Shown piece by piece: positions 40,721-50,447 of a stretch of 64,000 bases of DNA. The first letter of the stretch is position 1, and each line of letters starts with the position of its first letter. The notes beneath the pieces are model-generated. The model worked only from the letters and a program-made list of their open reading frames with translations, had not been told where the DNA came from and searched no databases. A program made the position numbers and the translations under genes. Where the stretch lies: the NCBI GenBank assembly GCA_965198065.1, contig CBDAON010000004.1, positions 768,001 through 832,000 of the forward strand, given 5' to 3'. This DNA comes from Longimicrobiales bacterium (GTDB taxonomy: Bacteria > Gemmatimonadota > Gemmatimonadetes > Longimicrobiales > Gaopeijiaceae).

Positions 40721-41401
40721 TCACTCCTCACCCATCGGCCCTTGAACGACGAGAGACCCGGCGACGAGATCGAACGCACGCTGCCTACGGCGCGTGAAGA
40801 GCGCGACCAGCGCGTCCAGCCAGAAGAACTCGAAGACGAAGGGAACCCTTCGGACGAGGACTCTCCCCAAGGAGAGCCGCGTGCCGTCCTGGGCCACTAC
40901 GTACAGGCCCATGAGGTGCTTTCCGACCGTCGTCTCCCAGCGTGCCTCTGCGATCGGAAAGTAGAGAAGGGATGACACTGCCGTCGAGACGGCCAACAAC
41001 GCGAGGGTGAACCCTATGGCGGTCAGAGGACTCACGACCAAGGCAGACCGGAAGGCTTCCAGCCACATGCCTCCAGGTGGGAAGCTCGGGACAAGGAAGC
41101 GGAGGACAGAGCCGAGAACGTAGACGAAGACAAAGACGAGAGGCAATCCTGCCACAATGTCTATGAGGAACGCGAATACGCGCCGACCGATCGGAGCTGG
41201 GCGAAGCGGTATTGCTCTCATCACCGCTGCCGCAAACTCGCGTGGCCTCCCCATGCCTCTCACCACGGCGTCTTCCACCTCCCCACTCTCGATCCGGTCC
41301 GCAAGATGCCTCCGCAGGTCGGCAAGCACTTCCTGCCGCGAACCGTGCCAGCGTGGCAGCCGGCGGTCTACAGCGGCGACAAAGTCATTGACTGTCCTCA
41401 C
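40721..41401 (-). CDS. RDD family membrane protein with an N-terminal helical (HAAS-like) domain
   Basis: EVLADLRRHLAD...AVVRGMGRPREFA, then RRVFAFLID, TVGK.LMGL.VV, RRQRAFDLVAGSLVV. GTG start overlaps the padR stop. Confidence 0.82.
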   Translation of the reverse strand: MRTVNDFVAAVDRRLPRWHGSRQEVLADLRRHLADRIESGEVEDAVVRGMGRPREFAAAVMRAIPLRPAPIGRRVFAFLIDIVAGLPLVFVFVYVLGSVLRFLVPSFPPGGMWLEAFRSALVVSPLTAIGFTLALLAVSTAVSSLLYFPIAEARWETTVGKHLMGLYVVAQDGTRLSLGRVLVRRVPFVFEFFWLDALVALFTRRRQRAFDLVAGSLVVQGPMGEE

Positions 41402-41730
41402 GTCACTCCTTCTGGCGCAAGTAGCGCCTCCATCACGGTTACGAAGCGCTCCCATTCGGCAGTCAGCCTGTCCAGCTCCTCCTCCCCGGCCGCAGTGATC
41501 CGATAGTACTTGCGTGGCACGCCCCTCTCCTGCGTGTGCCACCGAGGCTCGATCCGCCCGGCCTCCTCGAGTCGGTAAAGAACGGGGTAGAGACTGCCCT
41601 CCTTCATTTCGTAAGCGCCGTCGCTTCTCTCTGCGAGCTCAGACGTCATCTCGTATCCGTACCGCTCCTTCTCAACAAGAACCCTGAGGAGAACGAGTTC
41701 TAGCGTGCCCCTCTTCAGTTCGGGATTCAC
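41398..41730 (-). CDS. PadR family transcriptional regulator
   Basis: LKRGTLELVLL, YGYEM, EGSLYPVLYRLE..G, PRKYYRIT..G. Start GTG 41730 or TTG 41745. Confidence 0.93.
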   Translation of the reverse strand: MNPELKRGTLELVLLRVLVEKERYGYEMTSELAERSDGAYEMKEGSLYPVLYRLEEAGRIEPRWHTQERGVPRKYYRITAAGEEELDRLTAEWERFVTVMEALLAPEGVT

Positions 41731-41762
41731 CTGTGTCGTCCCCAATAGTATGTATCATAAAC

Positions 41763-41781
41763 TACCTTGTAACACAAGGTA
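41763..41781. promoter_or_regulatory. Perfect inverted repeat, candidate PadR operator
   Basis: TACCTTGT-AAC-ACAAGGTA, 3 nt from a minus-strand TATGAT (41759-41754), upstream of padR. Confidence 0.7.
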
Positions 41782-41837
41782 ATGGTGCAAGAAAGATAGG
41801 GCAAGTGGAGCGACACCTGAGCGGAACCCTCACCCTC

Positions 41838-43391
41838 TCACACCGCCCGGTACTGGATCGCCTCCGCGAGATGCTCTTCGCGGATGCCGGCCGCCCCGTC
41901 CAGGTCCGCGACCGTCCGCGCGACCTTGAGCACTCGGTGGATCCCTCTAGGCGACAGGCAGAGCCGATCGCACGCGTCCTCGAGCAACCGCCCGCCGGCC
42001 ACGTCCACCGCGCACCACTTCCTCAGCTGGCTGGGGGTGAGCGTCGCGTTACAGAGCCCCTTCCCGCCCGTGCCGACGTCTCGCGGCGTCCTACCTGCGG
42101 TCGCTCGCTGCCGATCCAGCTGGAGATCCCGCGCCGCACGCACGCGCTCGCGCACCGTTGTGGAGGACTCGCCGGCCGGAGCTCGGTGGAGCTCGGAAAA
42201 CGAGAGCGCTGGGACCTCGATCTGAATGTCGATCCGATCGCGAAGTGGGCCGGAGATCCGTGAGCGGGTAACGCGCGACCTGAGTGGGATCGCACGTGCA
42301 GCTCCGCCTAGCGTCCCCGAGATGGCCGCACTCGCACGGGTTCATCGCCGCGACGAGCATGAAACGAGAAGGGAAGCCCAGACGCTCCCTCGCACGCACG
42401 ACCGAGATCCATCCGTCCTCCATCGGCTGTCGGAGGGCCTCGAGGACACCCCTCGAGAACTCGGGCAGCTCGTCGAGAAGAGCACGCCGTGATGCGCGAG
42501 GCTCACCTCCCCGGGGCGAAGCGGAGACCCTCCCCCCGCAAGCCCCGCCCGCGAGACCGTGTGATGGGGGGCCCGAAATGGGCGGCAGCGGATCAGAGCC
42601 TCTCCCGGCGGGAGGAGCCCAGCAACCGAATGAATGGTCGTCACATCGAGGGACTCGTCCGGGGTGAGCGGGGGGAGGATCCCCCCGAGGCGACGGGCCA
42701 GCATCGTCTTCCCCGAGCCGGGCGGGCCGAGGAGGAGGACGTTGTGTCCCCCGGCGGCCGCCACCTCGAGCGCCCGCTTGACGCCGGCGTGCCCCCGGAC
42801 GTCGGTCAGATCCTGCCCATCCTCGGGTGACTCGGCCAGGAGATCCGCAATACGGACTGTGACGGCCGGCGCCCCCCGCTCCCCGACGAGCTCGGCCACG
42901 ACCTCCGCGAGCGAATGCGCTCCGATCACACGCACGGTCCCGGCCCCGGCCGCGGCTTCCCTGGCATTGGCCCGCGGCACGACGAGCGAGCGCACGCCCT
43001 CGGCGCGGCAGGCCGCCGCTACGGCCAGCGTGCCCCGCACGGGGCGAAGCTCGCCGTTCAGGCCGAGCTCCCCGATGAACGCGCGTCCGCGTACGGCATC
43101 GAGCGGGAGGTGTCCGGCGCCGGCCAAAAGCCCTAGGGCTAGCGGCAGGTCGAACCCGCTTCCCTCCTTCCGGAGGTCCGCTGGGGCCAGGTTGATCGTG
43201 ATTCGGCGCGGCGGTATCCGGTAACCCGCCGCCTGAAGGGCCGCCCGAACACGGTCACGCCCCTCCCGCACGGCCCCTTGCGGGAGGCCCACGATAGAGA
43301 TGGACGGGAGCCCGTCCGCCACGCTCACCTCGACGCGGACCAGCACGCACTCCACCCCGACGAGGACCCCGGAGAGGACCTCCGCGAGCAC
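41838..43391 (-). CDS. comM: YifB/ComM Mg-chelatase-like AAA+ ATPase with two frameshifts (about 42477 and 42266-42268)
   Basis: NLAPADLRKEG..FDLP, GELGLNG, GPPGSGKTMLA, PFRAPHH, PGEVSLAHHGVLF(LDE), AAMNPCECG, ISGPL.DRID, ARTVADL. Confidence 0.9.
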
Positions 43392-43521
43392 GTCTCCGCT
43401 CCCGTCGCCGCCGGGTCGCTCGGCTCCCGTCCCTCGGCCGGCGTCTGCGGGAGGCGGATGCCCTTACCTTTCCAGGTTCAGGCCGCGGGAGGGGCGCCGC
43501 GATGGCCGTCCGAGCCAGCGA

Positions 43522-44976
43522 TCACCGCCCCCCGCCGACGGAGAGGGCAGTCCACCTCCCGAGCAGCTCGAGCGTCCCCTCCAACGAGCGGTCGCCGGGC
43601 GAGCCGTCTCCCGGCTTCGCGGCCCCCGCTTGGACCTCGAAGCCGAGCGCATCATCCGGACGAAACGCCGCGCCGAGGAGCACTCCGGTACGGGTGCCGG
43701 GCCAGCGCTCGAGGAGGAGGTTCAGCTCCTCCCGACGCTCCCGGTAGATCTCCGCTTCGGCCGACCAGCGCCCTCCGTCGGACCAGGCCCTCCACCTGAG
43801 CGCGTGCCTCGTCCCGTATCCACCGAGCGTGGCGCCCATCGGGAGCCCGGCGGTCTCGTGCATCCCGAAGAGGTAGTGGTTGTACCACGTCCGTGTGCGT
43901 CCCTCCCCACACCAGAGGCAAAGGCTCGCGCCCGCGCCAACGGCCAGGTACTCGTACCGGAGGGCCCCGAGCCAGCCAGGGACCGAGAGCGGAACGAGAA
44001 CCGCCCGCGAGAAGCCCCGGGTCGTCCCGATAGGCGGCCTCCGAGTCGTTCACGGCCAGCGCGCCGTACACGACGAGCGGGAACCCGCCGAGACCGAGAC
44101 GGAGACGGGTAAAGAACTCCGCATACTGGTCCTCGAACTCGCCCTGGTTGGTCGAGTGCCTGCCTGCGATCATGCGAGCGACCCTTCCGGCGGTCACGGG
44201 GGGGACCCCCTCCCCGCCGAAGACGGCCGACCGGAGGACGCCGATCCGCCACGCGGGGATCGGATCCGTCGAGATCGCGAGGATCCCGTACCACGGATCC
44301 TCCACCGGGCCCACGCGGTCCATGGGGTGGACCGACGTCGCCACGCTGATCGCGCCGAGGAAGCCGAGAGGCCCGGGGAGTCGAAACGGGCTCACGCTCG
44401 AGAGGCCCACGCCGTCGAGGGGATGGGTTCCCGGCGCAAGCAGGTCGTCCCTTCCCGGGCCAAGCCGGGGGGTTGCCCGGCCGCCGGAGAGCTCGATCCC
44501 GGCGACGCGTACGGAGACCAGAAGCTCCCGAAGCCCCTGATAGGTTCCCCTTCCACCGGCCTCGATCTCCCCGAAGAACCGGAAGCGCCCGTGGGCTCGC
44601 GCCCTCACGCCAAGGCCAAGGAGAAGTCCCGTCCCAGGGTCGAGGAGCGCGTCCCCACCCCACCGCCCCCCTGAGCGGAGTTCCACGATGAGCGCGCCGG
44701 GCTCCCCGGCCCCTTCCGACCGCGGCAACGCGCCGGGAACACCCGGCCCCATGACCTCGAGCGGCGGCAGGGCCACCTCACCCCGGAGATGGAGGATCTC
44801 GAGAAGCTCCCGGAACTCCTCGTCCTCAAGCCCCCGCGCCACCGCTTCCTGCCCGGGGAGGGGCTCCTGCTGTAACCGGTCGGGCGCCGCCGCTCCGGAC
44901 GCCTTTCCCTGCGCCGGTGAAGCGAGGGCCACGCACGAAAACGCGAGGGCAGCGGTCGCGGCGCGCGACAGTCCAT
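43522..44976 (-). CDS. Outer-membrane beta-barrel protein, capsule assembly Wzi-like; frameshifted near 44005 and probably just after the start
   Basis: Signal-like GLSRAATAALAFSCVALASPAQG after GGGGAG-N6-ATG (needs one added G), amphipathic beta-strands, RSAVFGG, and a restored C-terminal WYNH...GLPMGATLGG.G. Confidence 0.6.
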
Positions 44977-45259
44977 GTGAAGCTCCCCGCCGCGGGTTCG
45001 GGCGCTTCGGGATTGGACGCGGGCTCGATCGGAGAGACAATCCGGCTCCCGGAAAGCGGGTACACACCCGGCCTCGGGCAACTGGGCCGCATACCACGAT
45101 GATCGGGGCCGCAGGGCTAGGCAACTCCTCGAATGGGGGCGCGGCGGCGGCTCACGAGCGCGGCCATTGCCCGAAGAACCACTCCCGCATACCGTTTGTC
45201 GGCTCGGGCGCGGCGTCCCGCCGCATCCCGGTGCTCATCTCGCCTCGGAAGCGCACGCG

Positions 45260-46426
45260 ATGGAGATCGCCGTCCTACGGGAACGACGCGCTCGGGAGCG
45301 GCGCGTAGCGCTCGCTCCGGATCACGTGCCCCAACTCGAGAAGCTGGGGCTTGGCGTGCGGGTGGAGGCCGGCGCGGGTGCCGCGGCCGGATGGAGCGAC
45401 GATGCGTACGAGGCCGCGGGAGCGCACGTCGAGTTGGATCGGAGGACCCTCCTCTCCGGGGCGGCCGGCGTGGTCAAGGTCCGGCCTCCCCTCTCTGGAG
45501 GCCCCGACGGCCACGCGTCCGGACAGCTCGCCGAGGACGAGGTCGCCATCCTGCCCGAGGGCGCGGTCATCGTCTCGTTCCTCTCGCCGGGAGCGTCGCC
45601 CGACCTGGTCGATCGCCTGGCGGCCAAGCGGATCTCCGCGATGGCCATGGAGCGGATCCCTCGCACGACGCGCGCCCAACGGATGGACGCTCTCTCGTCC
45701 CAGGCGACGGCAGCCGGATACCGGGCCGCGCTGCTCGCCGCGCTCCACCTCCCCCGCTTCTTCCCAATGCTCACCACCGCGGCCGGCACGATCCGCCCCG
45801 CGAAGGTCACCGTGCTCGGTGCCGGCGTGGCGGGGCTGCAGGCCATCTCGACCGCACGCCGGCTCGGCGCCGTCGTCCAGGGATACGACATCCGCGCGGC
45901 CGCCGCAGAGCAGGTGCGGAGCCTCGGCGCGACGTTCCTCTCGGAGGAGGAGGAGGAGGAGGAGGAGACCGGGCTCGAGGGTGCCGAGACGGCCGGAGGC
46001 TACGCCCGGGCGCTGGACCAGAGCGAGTCCGAGCGCCAGCTCGCGTTCCTCGGCCGACAACTGCCGAGCTCCGACGCGGTGATCACGACCGCGCAGATCC
46101 CTGGCCGCGCCGCCCCACAGCTCGTCACGCGGGAGGTCGTGGAAGCGATGCGGCCCGGATCCGTCGTCGTCGATGTGGCGGCTGAGACCGGCGGGAACTG
46201 CGAGCTGTCCGTGCCCGGCGAGACAACGGTACACGATGGAGTGACGATCCTCGCCCCCACTGACCTGCCCTCCGGCGTGGCGCAGCACGCGAGCCAGATG
46301 TACGGCACGAACATCGTCGCACTCCTGAAGCACGTGGCGAAGGACGGGGCACTTGTGCTCGACCCGAACGACGAGATCGTGGGTCCGGTCCTCGTGGCGC
46401 ACGACGGCCTGAAGCGGGATGTGTGA
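45260..46426 (+). CDS. pntA: NAD(P) transhydrogenase subunit alpha, part 1
   Basis: ERRVAL.P, AMERIPRTTRAQRMDALSSQA..AGY, TAAGT, GAGVAGL, GGYA, GGNCE. Start ATG 45260. Confidence 0.95.
   Translation: MEIAVLRERRARERRVALAPDHVPQLEKLGLGVRVEAGAGAAAGWSDDAYEAAGAHVELDRRTLLSGAAGVVKVRPPLSGGPDGHASGQLAEDEVAILPEGAVIVSFLSPGASPDLVDRLAAKRISAMAMERIPRTTRAQRMDALSSQATAAGYRAALLAALHLPRFFPMLTTAAGTIRPAKVTVLGAGVAGLQAISTARRLGAVVQGYDIRAAAAEQVRSLGATFLSEEEEEEEETGLEGAETAGGYARALDQSESERQLAFLGRQLPSSDAVITTAQIPGRAAPQLVTREVVEAMRPGSVVVDVAAETGGNCELSVPGETTVHDGVTILAPTDLPSGVAQHASQMYGTNIVALLKHVAKDGALVLDPNDEIVGPVLVAHDGLKRDV
45944..45967 (+). repeat. (GAG)8 microsatellite encoding eight glutamates in PntA part 1
   Basis: Eight consecutive in-frame GAG codons. 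Confidence 0.9.
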
Positions 46427-46482
46427 GCCGCGAAGACGTCGGCGGGAGGCCAGGAATAAACGACCGCCAAGCGAGGTGAACG

Positions 46483-46761
46483 ATGGGTGAGTGGCTGATC
46501 GGAGTCTATGTCTTCGTGCTGGCGAGCCTCGTCGGGTTCGAGCTGATCACCCGCGTGCCTCCGACGCTCCACACGCCGCTCATGTCCGGGGCGAACGCGG
46601 TCTCAGGAATCACGCTCATCGGTGCCCTCCTCGTGGCGGGAAGTGAGGGCGGCGCCCTCGCAACGACGCTTTCGGGGATTGCGGTCGCCCTCGCGACGAT
46701 CAACGTGGTGGGAGGCTTCCTCGTGACCGATCGGATGCTCCGCATGTTCAGGAAGGACTGA
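46483..46761 (+). CDS. NAD(P) transhydrogenase subunit alpha, part 2 (membrane)
   Basis: VPPTLHTPLMSGANAVSG, INVVGGFLVTDRMLRMF. Confidence 0.95.
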   Translation: MGEWLIGVYVFVLASLVGFELITRVPPTLHTPLMSGANAVSGITLIGALLVAGSEGGALATTLSGIAVALATINVVGGFLVTDRMLRMFRKD

Positions 46762-46768
46762 CAACGAG

Positions 46769-48151
46769 ATGCCCCCGGTAGCGATCGACCTCGTCTATCT
46801 AGCCTCGGCCGTTCTTTTCGTCTTCGGCCTGAAGAAGCTGGGCTCCCCGGCCACCGCCCGGCAGGGGAACATCCTGTCCTCGACAGCCATGTTGATTGCG
46901 GTGGTGGGCACGCTGCTCGACCGCTCGATCGTGACCTGGGGCGTGATCGCGGTCGGGCTCGTGATCGGGTCGCTGGTGGGGGCGGTCCTGGCCCGCACCG
47001 TGAAGATGACTGCGATGCCGGAGTTGGTCGGTGCCTTCAACGGCTCCGGTGGCGCTGCCTCCGGACTCGTGGCCGCGGGCGAGCTCTTCCGTCAAGGGGC
47101 GAACTTCGACCCGGAGCTCGGTCAGGGGATCTCCGCGGCGCTCGGGATCCTCATCGGAGCGGTCACGTTCTCGGGAAGCTTCATCGCGTTCGGGAAGCTC
47201 CGGGGGATGGTCCCGAGCCGGCCGATCACGTACCCGCTCCAGAGGACCGTGAACCTACTCCTGTTCGTCGGGCTCCTGGTCGTGAGCGGGAACATGGTCT
47301 TGAGCGGCCCCACGCTGGCGAACATCGGTATGCTGAGCGGCGCGGCGCTCGTTCTCGGCGTCCTCCTCGTGCTCCCGATCGGCGGGGCCGACATGCCGGT
47401 CGTGATCTCGCTCCTCAACTCCTACTCCGGCCTCGCGGCTTCGGCCGCGGGGTTCGTCCTCGGGAATCCGCTCCTCGTCCTCGCGGGCGCCCTGGTCGGC
47501 GCGGCGGGGCTGATCCTCACCCGGCTCATGTGTCGGGCGATGAACCGCTCGCTCGCGAACGTGGCCTTCGGCGCATTCGGTGGAGAGGTCGCGGCGCCGG
47601 CGGGGGGCGGTAACGGGGACCGCTCGGTGCGGAGGACGACTCCCGAGGAGGCGGCGATGCTGCTCGCATATGCCCCCTCGGTCGTGATCGTTCCGGGATA
47701 CGGCCTCGCGGTCGCACAGGCCCAGCACGAGGCGAAGAAGCTGACCGACCTCCTCAAGCAGCGGGGTGTCTCGGTCAAGTACGCGATCCATCCGGTGGCC
47801 GGTCGAATGCCGGGCCATATGAATGTTCTCCTCGCGGAGGCGGACGTGCCGTACGACCTCCTCGTCGACATGGACGACGTGAACCCCGAGCTCCCCCGCA
47901 CGGGGGTGGCCGTCGTCGTGGGAGCGAACGATGTTGTGAATCCGCTGGCGCGCGATCCATCGAGCGCGATCGCTGGCATGCCGATCCTGGACGTGGACCG
48001 CGCGCAGAACGTGATCATCATCAAGCGCAGCCTGAGCTCGGGCTTCGCCGGAATTGACAACCCGCTCTTTTATCTGGACAACTCGATGATGCTCTTCTCG
48101 GACGCACGCGAGGCGCTGGCGGAGATCTGTCGCGAGATGAAGGAGGTCTGA
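46769..48151 (+). CDS. pntB: NAD(P) transhydrogenase subunit beta
   Basis: MTAMPELV, IGGADMPVVISLLNSYSG, PGYGLAVAQAQ, HPVAGRMPGHMNVLLAEA, GANDVVNP. Confidence 0.97.
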   Translation: MPPVAIDLVYLASAVLFVFGLKKLGSPATARQGNILSSTAMLIAVVGTLLDRSIVTWGVIAVGLVIGSLVGAVLARTVKMTAMPELVGAFNGSGGAASGLVAAGELFRQGANFDPELGQGISAALGILIGAVTFSGSFIAFGKLRGMVPSRPITYPLQRTVNLLLFVGLLVVSGNMVLSGPTLANIGMLSGAALVLGVLLVLPIGGADMPVVISLLNSYSGLAASAAGFVLGNPLLVLAGALVGAAGLILTRLMCRAMNRSLANVAFGAFGGEVAAPAGGGNGDRSVRRTTPEEAAMLLAYAPSVVIVPGYGLAVAQAQHEAKKLTDLLKQRGVSVKYAIHPVAGRMPGHMNVLLAEADVPYDLLVDMDDVNPELPRTGVAVVVGANDVVNPLARDPSSAIAGMPILDVDRAQNVIIIKRSLSSGFAGIDNPLFYLDNSMMLFSDAREALAEICREMKEV

Positions 48152-48203
48152 CCGGTCGGGTTCGTGCGCCGGAGCGTGATCCTGGAGCTCCTGACCGCCA
48201 TCG

Positions 48204-49688
48204 TCACGCCCCGGAGCGCGATCCCGGAGCTCCGGCCGCTACCCTCGCCGCCGCCTCGGCCCTGAGCGCCCGCCACGTGCGCTCCAGGTGCTCCCTCCCG
48301 GTCCTCAGATTACCGATCGAGAGCCGGAGCGCGACGCGGCCCTGGAGGCGGGTGTGCGAGAGGAACGCCGTGCCCGAGGCGTTAACGCGCTCGAGCAGGT
48401 CGAGATTCATCGCGTCCCGCTCCTCGGCGCTCCCCCCCGCCGGAGCGAACCGAAACACGACAGTCGAGAACACCACCGGCGCGACCCGCTCCCATCCAGG
48501 CTCTTCGTCGATCCAGCCCGCCAGCGCTTGGGCGAGGGCAATGTGGTGGCGGATCCGTTCCCGGATTCCGTCGGCGCCGAAATACCGGAGAACGAACCAG
48601 AGCTTGAGCGCGCGGAAACGGCGTCCCAACGCCACCCCGTAGTCCATCAGGTTCGTGGCCACCCCCGTTTCCCGGGTCCGGAGGTATTCCGGCGTGAGCG
48701 CGAGGGATCCCGTCAGCTCGTCGGAGCGGCGCGTAAGGAGCACTGAGCAGTCCACGGGCGTGAAGAGCCACTTGTGCGGGTTGAAGACGATCGAGTCGGC
48801 CCGCTCCCATCCCCGGAAGACCTTCCCGAGCTCGGGGAGCATCGCGGACGCTCCCGCGTAGGCGGCGTCCACGTGCAGCCAGAGGCCCAGCTCCTCGGTC
48901 ACGCCCGCGATCTCCGCGACCGGATCGGGCGAGGCGGTAGAAGTCGTGCCGATCGTCGCGACGACGGCGGTGGGTCGGATCCCCGCCTCGCGATCGGAGA
49001 GGATCGCCTCACGTAGGCAATCGGGACGCATTCGAAACTCCGAGTCCACCGCGACCTTCCGGACGCCGTCCCGCCCAAACCCAAGGACGATGCTCGCCTT
49101 GTCGATGGACGAGTGGGTTTCCTCGGACGCGTAGATCCGTCCCCTGGGGAGCGAGAAGAGCCCGGCCTCCCGCGCTTCAGGGTAAGCACGGTGCCGGGCC
49201 GCGGCGAGGGCGACGAGGGAGCTGGTAGAAGCCGTGTCCTGGATCGCCCCGATGAACGCGGGGGGAAGTCCGAGGAGCTCGCGAACCCAGTCCAGGACGT
49301 GCGCCTCCAGCTCCGTGGCCGCGGGCGAGCTCCGCCAGACCATCGCGTTCACGTTCAGGGCGGCGGCGAGCATCTCCCCCAGGATCCCCGGACCGGATCC
49401 GGTCACGGCGAAGTAGCCGTGGAAAGAGGGGTGGTTCCAGTGCGTGACGGCGGGAAGGACGATCCGCTCGAAGTCCCGGAGTATCTCGGAGAAGTCCTCC
49501 CCGTCCTCGGGGGCCCTCGCGGGAAGCGCCGCCCGAAGCTCGCCCGGGGCCGTACGGGACATGACGGGGCGCTCCCCGACCTCCTCGAGGTAGCGCGCGA
49601 TCCACTCGACCGCCGCCGCCCCCCACCGCCGGAACTCGTCCTCGGGCATGTCCCCGAGGGCGGGCGCGGCTCCCCGGGCACTGTCCAT
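48204..49688 (-). CDS. PLP-dependent group II decarboxylase (aromatic-L-amino-acid decarboxylase-like)
   Basis: THWNHP.F.GYF, SPAATELE, HSSIDKA, LHVDAAYAG, NPHKW (PLP Lys), LGRRFRALKLWF. Confidence 0.92.
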   Translation of the reverse strand: MDSARGAAPALGDMPEDEFRRWGAAAVEWIARYLEEVGERPVMSRTAPGELRAALPARAPEDGEDFSEILRDFERIVLPAVTHWNHPSFHGYFAVTGSGPGILGEMLAAALNVNAMVWRSSPAATELEAHVLDWVRELLGLPPAFIGAIQDTASTSSLVALAAARHRAYPEAREAGLFSLPRGRIYASEETHSSIDKASIVLGFGRDGVRKVAVDSEFRMRPDCLREAILSDREAGIRPTAVVATIGTTSTASPDPVAEIAGVTEELGLWLHVDAAYAGASAMLPELGKVFRGWERADSIVFNPHKWLFTPVDCSVLLTRRSDELTGSLALTPEYLRTRETGVATNLMDYGVALGRRFRALKLWFVLRYFGADGIRERIRHHIALAQALAGWIDEEPGWERVAPVVFSTVVFRFAPAGGSAEERDAMNLDLLERVNASGTAFLSHTRLQGRVALRLSIGNLRTGREHLERTWRALRAEAAARVAAGAPGSRSGA

Positions 49689-49705
49689 GGTCTTCGGGCC
49701 GGTCG

Positions 49706-49739
49706 GATCCACTAGCTGGCCCGATCCACTAGTTGGCCC
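49706..49739. repeat. 17-bp tandem duplication spanning the upstream gene's stop codon
   Basis: GATCCACTAGCTGGCCC followed by GATCCACTAGTTGGCCC (1 mismatch). Confidence 0.8.
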
Positions 49740-50382
49740 GGTCGGCCCCTGCTTCGAGATCAAGCGCGGAGAGGCGCTCCAGGTCCTCCCAGAGACCGGC
49801 CACCTGTTCCTGGACTTCATCCAGGAGAGCGGGGGCCGGTCCGTCCGTCACGCCCGTGCCGTGGAAGTGCTGGAAGAACAGGGCGTCCGTGTGCCCGACG
49901 CTCGCGTACGTCACGCCGAGGTCGATCAGTCGGTTGAGGAGGAGGCCGTCCCTGAGCCCTAGCACGGCCGAGCCAGACGAGGGCGGATCGTCATAGAGGA
50001 AGCGCAGAACGACCTCTCTCAGCAACTGGAACTCCTCCACCGACTCCCCCGCCGCCTGCCCCCGGTGGGCGCCGAGACTCCCGAACAGCTCCGCCGCTTG
50101 CTGGACGAGGGCCTCCACCTGTGCCCGGAGCGCCCCCATCCCGGGAGCAAGAAACGCGACGAAGAGCTGCACAAACTCGTGAAGCAGAGCAAGCACCTCC
50201 TCGTCCACACCCTCGCCACGCGAGCGCAACTCGGCGATCCAGCGGTCGGCGATGGCGTCCCGATGCCGGTCGAGCCACTCGATCACCTCGTCCGGGGTGA
50301 GGAGCCGCCGATTGCGGTCGGAAGCGGTGGAGGGCTTCGCCGTCACCCCACCCTCGGCGAGAGGAGGGTCCAGTGGAATCAT
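49729..50382 (-). CDS. All-helical cytoplasmic protein resembling an RsbRD N-terminal-type domain
   Basis: RDAIADRWIAEL...AELFGSLGAHRGQAAGESVEEFQLLRE pattern. Start trimmed to ATG 50382. Confidence 0.6.
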   Translation of the reverse strand: MIPLDPPLAEGGVTAKPSTASDRNRRLLTPDEVIEWLDRHRDAIADRWIAELRSRGEGVDEEVLALLHEFVQLFVAFLAPGMGALRAQVEALVQQAAELFGSLGAHRGQAAGESVEEFQLLREVVLRFLYDDPPSSGSAVLGLRDGLLLNRLIDLGVTYASVGHTDALFFQHFHGTGVTDGPAPALLDEVQEQVAGLWEDLERLSALDLEAGADRAN

Positions 50383-50447
50383 GAATCCTGGGTGGGACCC
50401 GCGGGATCGAACTCCGAATCTGAAGTTACGAATCTGCCCGAGGCACG

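Noticed and set aside
40700..41830. Weak similarity (CGCTCA..GTGTC.GCT on the minus strand) at both ends of the PadR-RDD islet as att sites
   Set aside because: Short and gapped, not a copy of the comM end, and no recombinase nearby.
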